DNA of 61,043 nucleotides from Nitrospirota bacterium (GTDB taxonomy: Bacteria > Nitrospirota > UBA9217). The notes under the pieces are model-generated. The model saw nothing but the letters and a program-made list of their open reading frames with translations. It ran no database searches and was not told the origin of the DNA. The stretch's first letter is position 1. Each line of letters opens with the position of its first letter. This document shows positions 54,083 to 61,043 of this stretch, one piece after another. Where the stretch lies: the NCBI GenBank assembly GCA_963741205.1, contig CAVUHW010000005.1, positions 1 to 61,043 on the forward strand, in the 5' to 3' direction. Position numbers and translations under genes: made by a program.

Positions 54083-55399
54083 ATGAGGGTATTAAGAAGT
54101 ATTGCCGTATTTGCCTTTCTCGTTCTGCCCATAGCAGCGTTCTCCCACTTGAACGCCTATGCCGCAGAAATGAAAAAGGCGGCGTCTATCGACGAACTGG
54201 CAAAGATGTATGATTCGACAGGCTGCAAAACGTGCCACGAGGACATCTATAAGGAGTGGGAGCAGTCCATCCACTCCCGGTCCATCTACGGCACCGGCAG
54301 GACCGCGGCGACCATCAAGACGACGGTGGCGGTGGGACTCATGAGCTGGAAGTATTCGGGAGTGAAGAAGCCCGAGGATGTGACGGTCAAGAACCTCATG
54401 ATCTGTGCCAAGTGCCACCTTCCGCAGCTTGCCGAGGCAACGGACGACGTGGCCAAGGAGATCGTCAAGAACGCCTACATCTACACCGACCCCAAGACGA
54501 GCGATGAGGCGCGCGAAAAGGCGATCGCGAAGCTCTCGAAGGTGAACATCAACTGCCTCATCTGCCACCAGCGGAATGCCATTACCCACAAATGGGTGGA
54601 CGGGTTCCCGGAAAAAGACACGGTCTACGGTTCAAGGACGGCGCCCATGCCGATGCCGCGCATCCGAAGATGAAAGAAGAGCCCAATCATGGACGAGTCC
54701 ATCCTCTGCGGCCAGTGCCATGGTCTGGGCCCGAACCTGGAGCTCGAGAACCCCTCGCAGTGCGCCACGCTCTACGGAAGCTACCTCTGGGCCTACCGCG
54801 CTGAGGGCGGCCAGGAAAAATGCCAGGAATGCCACATGAAAAAGAGCAAGCTCGGCCACAACATGCAGAGCTACCGCGACCCGGGCATGGGCAAGGCGGC
54901 CGTCGACTTCAAGGTCGAGACCCTGGGATATCAGTGGCGGGACGGCTCGAAGATGGTTCCGCAGGCGCTCGTGAAAGTAGAGATGATCAACCGCGCCGGC
55001 CACTCCATCCCGGATGGCTGACCAACCCCCAACCGGCTGGTCCTGGAAGTGACCGCTAAAGACAGTAATGGTAAAGAGTTGTTCAAGCAGTCGAAGATCT
55101 ACATGCCTATTCCCCAGCAGCTCGGCCGCGGCGACAAGATGGGCCGCGGACCCTATGAAAAGAGCGGCATCATCCGCGACAACAGTCTGCCGCCGGGCCG
55201 TCCCGTACTCGAAAGCTTCGAGATTCCCTTCCCCGTTGAAGAGGTCAAGAAAGACGATAAGGTCGTACGAACCATCAAGGATTACGACATGACCGTTGAC
55301 GTGGAGCTGATGTACCTGCCCTTCGGCACCAAGGAGAGCGGGCAGTTCACCTGGCAGAAGGTAACGAAGAAGGTGAGCATCGAAAAAGGCGGGGTATAA
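54083..55399 (+). CDS. extKL: Multiheme c-type cytochrome selenoprotein, ExtKL type (5 CxxCH, Sec at TGA 55019-55021); indels near 54630-54685
   Basis: CKTCH, CAKCH, CLICH, CGQCH, CQECH; GHSIPDG-TGA-PTPNRLVLEV continues in frame into ORF 55049-55399. Confidence 0.85.
55039..55054 (+). promoter_or_regulatory. Candidate bacterial SECIS hairpin
   Basis: ggtc-ct-GGAA-gt-gacc about 18 nt after the in-frame UGA. Confidence 0.6.
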
Positions 55400-55427
55400 G
55401 AGAACAATTTTCATCGTCAGGTAGCTT

Positions 55428-55483
55428 CAAACGCCGTCGTAACGCGGGCTCCTTCCGCCGCGTTCCGTCGGCGTTTGTTTTTT
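55428..55483 (+). terminator. Rho-independent terminator
   Basis: caaacgccg...cggcgtttg followed by a T-run. Confidence 0.7.
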
Positions 55484-55660
55484 GCCGGACGGCAAAATTG
55501 AAAGGATGCAGCACCGGATAAACTTCTGTATTCAGTGGCCTCCAGTGCCTAACACTTTAAACCAGCCTTAAAGCCCTTCGTTCATTCAATATTGAAACCG
55601 CCCACAGGTTTTTCCCAGCTGTTTCCATTGCTAAAAGCTAGCTAATCCTCTATCCATGCG

Positions 55661-55818
55661 TGTTACGACATCGTAACAACGCACTTACGCAGTATTTAAT
55701 AAATTTAACGTCATCCATAAGTATCAATCGTCTCCTTCCATGGTGTTTCGCAATCGTAACAGGATGCCCGCAGCAATTCATTGTTAATCACCGTGTTAGA
55801 TGCGGCATGAAACTTGTA
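55661..55818 (+). promoter_or_regulatory. Two palindromic activator sites and a sigma-54-like promoter
   Basis: tgttacgacatcgtaaca (55661-78), tgtttcgcaatcgtaaca (55744-61), cGGCAtgaaacTTGTa (55803-18). Confidence 0.6.
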
Positions 55819-55985
55819 TATGAGCACGCCATGGAAGTATTCTATTTTCCCGACGAATCACTTGCATCTATGATATATTTTAGGAACGTTCGCGAAAAAA
55901 ATGTGAAACCCCTCAGTACAATGCGGCGGAAATGGTTGGAATAAATCCACGGCATCAGAAATAATAAACGTGAGAGGAGGAAGGT

Positions 55986-56354
55986 ATGAGTATGAAAAGC
56001 TTTGTTGTATGCTGGTTGCTGCTCATGTTTTTTACGGCAGTTGGTGTTGCGGGCGCGGCGGAGAAAAACCTTGTCAGTTTGCACAAAGATGTGAGCAAGA
56101 TGAGCAACAAAGAGTGTCTTACCTGCCATGCCGACATCCTGAAGGCGGCCTCTCTCAATAAAAAGATTAAAACGTTTCACCGGTTACATCTTGAATCAAA
56201 ATTAGGAACGCCGAAGCAGTGCAACGAGTGTCACCAGTCCGTTGACGTGATGAACGGTTCGGCGGCCGGCCTGCGGAAACAGGTCGATCCGCAGATTTGC
56301 GCAGGCTGCCACCGTGGCGAGGTCAAGGGCGCCAAAGTATTGTTCGCACAATAA
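55986..56354 (+). CDS. Periplasmic triheme cytochrome c
   Basis: Signal peptide; CLTCH, CNECH, CAGCH. Confidence 0.9.
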   Translation: MSMKSFVVCWLLLMFFTAVGVAGAAEKNLVSLHKDVSKMSNKECLTCHADILKAASLNKKIKTFHRLHLESKLGTPKQCNECHQSVDVMNGSAAGLRKQVDPQICAGCHRGEVKGAKVLFAQ

Positions 56355-56366
56355 GGAGGAGCGGGA

Positions 56367-58698
56367 ATGAGCGACAAAAGAGTCATAACCGAGGAAGAGA
56401 AAGGCCTGTTCGAACAAATTACGAAAAAGGAATTTACGCGTAGGTCGTTCCTCAAGTGGACTTCGGCCCTTGCGGGAGCGGCCGTCGCGAGCGGCCTCCT
56501 GTGGGACGACAAACTCGGCCTTTTCCGGGAGGCCAGCGCCGAGGAGAAGATGGCCGGCAAAGGCAAATGGATATATACGGCCTGTCATCATTGCGGCGGG
56601 ACCACGGGAATCAAGGTGCATGTGGTTGACGGAAGGGTCGTGAAAATCGAGCCGAACGAGTATAACCCGATTGGGGTCATGAATACCTCGGCGGATTATG
56701 AAAAATTCAAGTCTCTCGGCGGCCGCATGTGTCCCAAGGGAAACGCAGCCGCGAGGACGCTCTATGATCCGGACAGACTGAAAAAGCCGATGAAGAGGGT
56801 CGGACCGAGGGGCTCGGGAAAATGGAAGGCCATATCTTGGAAAGAGGCCCTCGACGATGTATCGAAAAACCTGTTGCAGATTCGTGATAAGTATGGCCCC
56901 GAGGCGCTTGTCTGGTTCACGGAAGACGCGTCGTTTACGGACATGCAGTCGGATGTCAATCTTCTGTACGGCTCGCCGAATTTTTCGATGCATTCGAACC
57001 TCTGCGACGTAGCGAGGAAGGCATCGTTCAAACTGGTGATGGGAGACGACCGTCCGCTTGCCGACTTTGCAAATACGAAGTACGCCCTCGTGTTCGGCTG
57101 GAACCTGTTGGGCGCCACGAAGTGGTCCCATCTGCCGGGCATTTGGAACCTCGGCAGGGCGCGCGGCGCAAAGATGGTTTATGTTGATCCTGTCTTCAGC
57201 CAGACCGCCGCAAAAGCGGATGAATGGATACCGATCAGACCGGGAACGGACGGCGCCTTTGCCCTCGCGCTCGGGCATGAGATCGTGGTGAACAAATGGT
57301 ACGATGAGGAATTCATAACGAATTACACGGTGGGATTCGATAAATATACGGCGTTTATCGCGGACAAGACGCCGGAGTGGGCGGAAAAAATAACCTCCAT
57401 TCCTGCGGAAACGATACGCAGGATAGCGAAAGAACTCGCCTCGACAAAGCCTGTCGTTGTTGACGTCTGGAGCGGCCCAGGACATCATACGAACGCCACA
57501 GACGGCGGCCGTGCCATAGCGATGCTTCCGGCACTGCTGGGGCAGTATGACAAGCCGGGCACGATGGTGAGCAGGCAGGCCAAGGGCGGCAAACGCCGGG
57601 CCTTCAACGTGGACAAGCCGAAGGCGGCGAGGATTGACGGACTTGGTACGAAATACCCCTTCGCCCACGGATCGGGGATATACACGGAGACGCGTGACGC
57701 GATGCATCTCCGGCCAGCCCTATCAGATCAGGGCCGGCGTATTCATGATGCAGAACTTCGTCATGTCGGTCCCGAACACGCAGAAGAACATCGAGGCCCT
57801 GAAGAAACTCGAATACATGGTGGTGTTCGATACGATGATGAGCGAGACCGCCGAGCTTGCGGACATCGTCATACCGGGCAGTCATTATCTCGAACGCTGG
57901 GAGATCTGCGCCGACTGGGTCACCTTCCCGGCCACTGCCATACGGCAGCCCGTGGTGAAGTCGGTGATCAACGGCATGACCGAACAGGAGTTCATCCTCG
58001 CCCTCGCCAAGAAAATGGGTCTCAAGGACAAGGACGGCAAGACCCTGCCCGATACCTATCCTGAATACATATCCGACCAGCTCAAGAATGGCCCCATCGG
58101 CAAAACGCTTGAAGAGATGCTTGCGCTCCCCGGCGCGGTGTTCATCGGCGGAGAAACTAATTACGAGAAATATAAGAAGGACGGATTCAAAACGCCGTCG
58201 AAGAAAATCGAATTCTACTCGGAGCAGATGGAGAAAAAGGGGTTGAATCCTCTTCCTGATTATGTGGAGCCGACCTTCAAGCCGACATCCGATTTTCCGC
58301 TCTATTTGGTCAACTTCAAGCAGTCCGAGCATACCCATACGCGGACGTTCAACAATGACTGGCTGATGGAGATGAAGGCGGACAATCCGCTCATGATGAA
58401 TTCTGCCACAGCGGCGAGGCTCGGGCTTAGTGACGGTGATCCGATCTGGCTGGAGTCTCCTTTTGCAAAGGCAAAGGCTACTGTCCAGGTCACGGAAAGG
58501 ATCCATCCGGAGGTCGTCGCACTGCACCACGGCTACGGCCATTGGGGATTCGGGAAGGTAGCACGAGGTTCTGAAAACAAGATCAATCAGTGGTGCCCCG
58601 CGGGCACTGCGGACGGCCAATTCCTTGCGGGTGTCTCAGAAAAGACCTCGGGCATGGCGGTCCACAAAGAAATCGGCGTCAGGATCATAAAGGCATAG
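56367..58698 (+). CDS. Tat-exported molybdopterin oxidoreductase catalytic subunit (PsrA/PhsA/ArrA-related); frameshift near 57705
   Basis: TRRSFLK Tat motif, MCPKG, YDPDRLKKP, HSNLC ligand, IRPGTDGA, HHGYGH. Confidence 0.9.
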
Positions 58699-58711
58699 GG
58701 AGGCGATAACC

Positions 58712-59290
58712 ATGGCGAAGAACCCGAATCAGATGGCATGGCTTTTCAACGAAAAAAATTGCATTGCCTGCAGAGCGTGTGAGGCGGGCTGCAAACAGGA
58801 GTTCGACCTCCCCGTCGGGGTAAGACGCAGGAGGGTCATTATCAAGGAAGAGGGCAAATATCCGAACGTAAAGGCGAGGTACATCACCTCAGCCTGCAAT
58901 CACTGCGAGGAGCCCTCATGCATGAAGGCCTGTCCGGTGCAGGCGATAACAAAGGAGCCGGAGTTCGGCGTCGTCCTGATCGACCAGGACAAGTGCATCG
59001 GCTGCAAGCGCTGCGCAGCGGCGTGTCCGTACGGCGCGCCGACCTTCGACGAGAAAAAGAAGAAGATGGACAAATGCACCTTCTGTATCCACAGATTGAA
59101 GGTAGGACTTCCGCCCGCATGCGTAAGGACCTGCCAGGGCTACGCCCTTTCAAACGGAAGGCTCCCGGATGTGGAGGCAGGCAACGCCTTTCCTGATCCG
59201 ATATTCAAGGGAGAGATCGTCGACCGACTGCCCAATTTCGCGGACCCCAAATTGACGATTCCGTCGGTAAGATTCGTCGAAAACAAATAA
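58712..59290 (+). CDS. 4Fe-4S subunit (DmsB/PsrB-like)
   Basis: CIACRACEAGC, CNHCEEPSC..CP, CIGCKRCAAACPY, KCTFC. Confidence 0.95.
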   Translation: MAKNPNQMAWLFNEKNCIACRACEAGCKQEFDLPVGVRRRRVIIKEEGKYPNVKARYITSACNHCEEPSCMKACPVQAITKEPEFGVVLIDQDKCIGCKRCAAACPYGAPTFDEKKKKMDKCTFCIHRLKVGLPPACVRTCQGYALSNGRLPDVEAGNAFPDPIFKGEIVDRLPNFADPKLTIPSVRFVENK

Positions 59291-59335
59291 GGAGGCGGGA
59301 GGGGCGGGATTTCCCGCCCCTCCTGAATTGCGGTT

Positions 59336-59925
59336 ATGACGACAGCGGAAACAGCGGCGCTGGGAGAGGCGATTGGTTTACTCAGCAGCATCTATCTCTG
59401 CAAGCCTTCCCGGGAGGCTGTTCAAAACTGGAAAACTGCGCTTGCAGAGGATACGTCGATTTTTCTTTTTGACCTGAAGAAGGCGACCATCAGTATCGAT
59501 CTGAATTCGGAAGAGGAACTGGAAAATCTTTTATCGGAGTATACCCGTCTTTTTATCGGACCGTATAAACTGCCCTGTCCGCCATGGGAATCGGTCTATA
59601 CGTCTCCGAAGAGACTCATGATGCAGGATGCTGCTGCGAACGCGATGAAGCTGTATCACGAAGCAGGTCTGACTCTTGGCGATCCCGAAGTGATGCCTGA
59701 TCACATAGGCGCAGAGTTAAGCTTTCTCTCTCTCTGCTTCAGCGGATGCATTCGGAAAAGAACGGAAAAGATGATTATCCGGGTATCACGGAAAAACTTC
59801 TGAACGATCATCTTTTGAAATGGACTCCGGACTTCACTAAAGATATGGAAGAGGCTGCGGATACTTTGTTCTACAAAGAGCTGGCCAGGGCCACAAGGAA
59901 GGTGATAGACTTTGTCGGGAGATAA
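59336..59925 (+). CDS. TorD/DmsD family chaperone (frameshift near 59730)
   Basis: EYTRLFIGP, PPWESVY, PDHIGAEL. Confidence 0.9.
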
Positions 59926-59978
59926 TGGGATGAGCGACGATTTTCGAAACAGCCCTCAAAACTGATTTTGACACGCTC

Positions 59979-60575
59979 TTGCAGGAATCCGTTAAGGTTC
60001 ACGGCCACCTCTGCGCCGGGCAGGTGCTGGGTGTCCGCATGTCCATGCTCGGGCTCCGGGAGATCGGCATCAGCGATCCGAAAGGGGCGGACCGGAAGAG
60101 CCTGATCGTTTTCATTGAGATGGACCGGTGCGCCACGGACGCCGTCCAGTCCGTCACGGGGTGTAGTCTCGGAAAGAGAAGCATGAAATTCATGGACTAC
60201 GGCAAGATGGCGGCGACATACATGAATCTTAAGACTGGCAAGGCGATACGGATCGTTGCCCGGGAGGATTCGCGCGAGAAGGCAAAGCGGTACTTCCCCG
60301 AAATTGAGAACAAGTATTCGGGACAGCTTGAGGCGTACAAGATCATGACCGATGAGGAACTTTTCGGCGTGATGGAAGTCGTCGTTAACGTAGCGCCCGA
60401 GGACATGCCGGGAAGACCGATGCGAAGGGTGCAATGTGACTCCTGCGGCGAGCACGTCCAGGACATGAGGGAAGTCTACCAGGACGGCAAGGTCCTGTGT
60501 ATTCCCTGCGCGGGTAAGGGTTACTACGAAGTGAAAAAATCTTTTTTGGCGGTGCGTTATGCAGAAAAGACATAA
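59979..60575 (+). CDS. FmdE-family protein with C-terminal zinc finger
   Basis: HGHLCAGQVLG, DRCATDA, TGCSLGK, CDSCGE..CIPC. Confidence 0.92.
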   Translation: MQESVKVHGHLCAGQVLGVRMSMLGLREIGISDPKGADRKSLIVFIEMDRCATDAVQSVTGCSLGKRSMKFMDYGKMAATYMNLKTGKAIRIVAREDSREKAKRYFPEIENKYSGQLEAYKIMTDEELFGVMEVVVNVAPEDMPGRPMRRVQCDSCGEHVQDMREVYQDGKVLCIPCAGKGYYEVKKSFLAVRYAEKT

Positions 60576-60924
60576 CGGCCTGGATATCAGGTCGAAGATA
60601 TGGATTGAAGTAGACGGCGAGCCGGTATTCGGCCGGGGAAGACGTTTTCTTCTTGAGGCCATTGATACTCACGGGTCCATCAACAGGGCCGCCGAAGAGG
60701 TGGGTATTTCGTACCGCAAAGCATGGGGCCATATCAAAGCCATGGAAGAGCGTCTCGGCGTGAAGCTGATCGATCGACAGACCGGCGGGAAGAACGGCGG
60801 CGGCGCGCTTCTTACGGAAGATGCGAGGGTATTTCTGAAAAAGTTCGAACTGATGGAGACAGGCATTCGTGAAATAGTTGATGAGAAGTTTAAGGCCCTT
60901 TTCGCGGGAGGTTCGCATGTGTGA
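60559..60924 (+). CDS. ModE-like winged-helix regulator (no molybdate-binding domain)
   Basis: FGRGR, GSINRAA, SYRKAW, GGKNGGGA. Confidence 0.9.
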   Translation: MQKRHNGLDIRSKIWIEVDGEPVFGRGRRFLLEAIDTHGSINRAAEEVGISYRKAWGHIKAMEERLGVKLIDRQTGGKNGGGALLTEDARVFLKKFELMETGIREIVDEKFKALFAGGSHV

Positions 60925-61043
60925 CACAGTGCATCTGAGGGACAAAAAACAGGGACCAGGACCATCCCGGTTCGTGAAGCCGTCGGTACGGTCCTTGCGC
61001 ATGATATAACGGAAATCCGGCCCGGCGAATTCAAGGGACGCGC
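60917..61043 (+). CDS. Molybdopterin-binding protein, partial (runs off the window)
   Basis: IPVREAVGTVLAHDITEIRPGEFKG. Confidence 0.75.

Noticed and set aside
586-59925. Many frameshifts read as programmed recoding or mass pseudogenisation
   Set aside because: Single-base indels hit housekeeping-type genes too (thiolase, acyl-CoA synthetase, ALDH, OYE, TorD) with no shared slippery motif. Sequencing or assembly error is the simpler explanation; read polishing would decide.

Overview
Bacterial window; gene content suggests an anaerobe of Nitrospirota or Desulfobacterota type (inference). It has two distinct halves. (1) About 1-31.0 kb is an accessory, integron-like cassette array with no integrase visible. 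It holds short unrelated genes and gene fragments, several attC-like sites, and about 14 same-orientation copies of a degenerate 150-250 bp non-coding repeat with core CATCCTGTAGTTCACG. An IS1111-type (IS110 family) element is inserted at the CT of that core. Its downstream non-coding region contains short matches to both strands of the core, as expected for a seek/bridge RNA aimed at the repeat. One other repeat copy carries what looks like a scar of the same IS. This half also has an IS630, two near-identical c-di-GMP-I riboswitches, a half-riboswitch and a diguanylate cyclase. (2) About 31.2-61 kb is core-like: Crp, prfC, tupBC, cysM, an acyl-CoA dehydrogenase/thiolase/DUF35 cluster, acyl-CoA synthetase, aldehyde dehydrogenase and cynS. 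It ends in a sulfur-respiration-like block: an ExtKL-type multiheme selenoprotein (in-frame UGA plus SECIS-like hairpin), a triheme cytochrome, a Tat-exported molybdopterin enzyme with a non-canonical FS0 motif, an FeS subunit, TorD, FmdE and a ModE-like regulator. Single-base frameshifts are frequent even in housekeeping genes, so many are probably sequencing or assembly errors. No CRISPR array, tRNA or rRNA was seen. All family calls come from motif recognition by eye, and repeat and attC boundaries are approximate.
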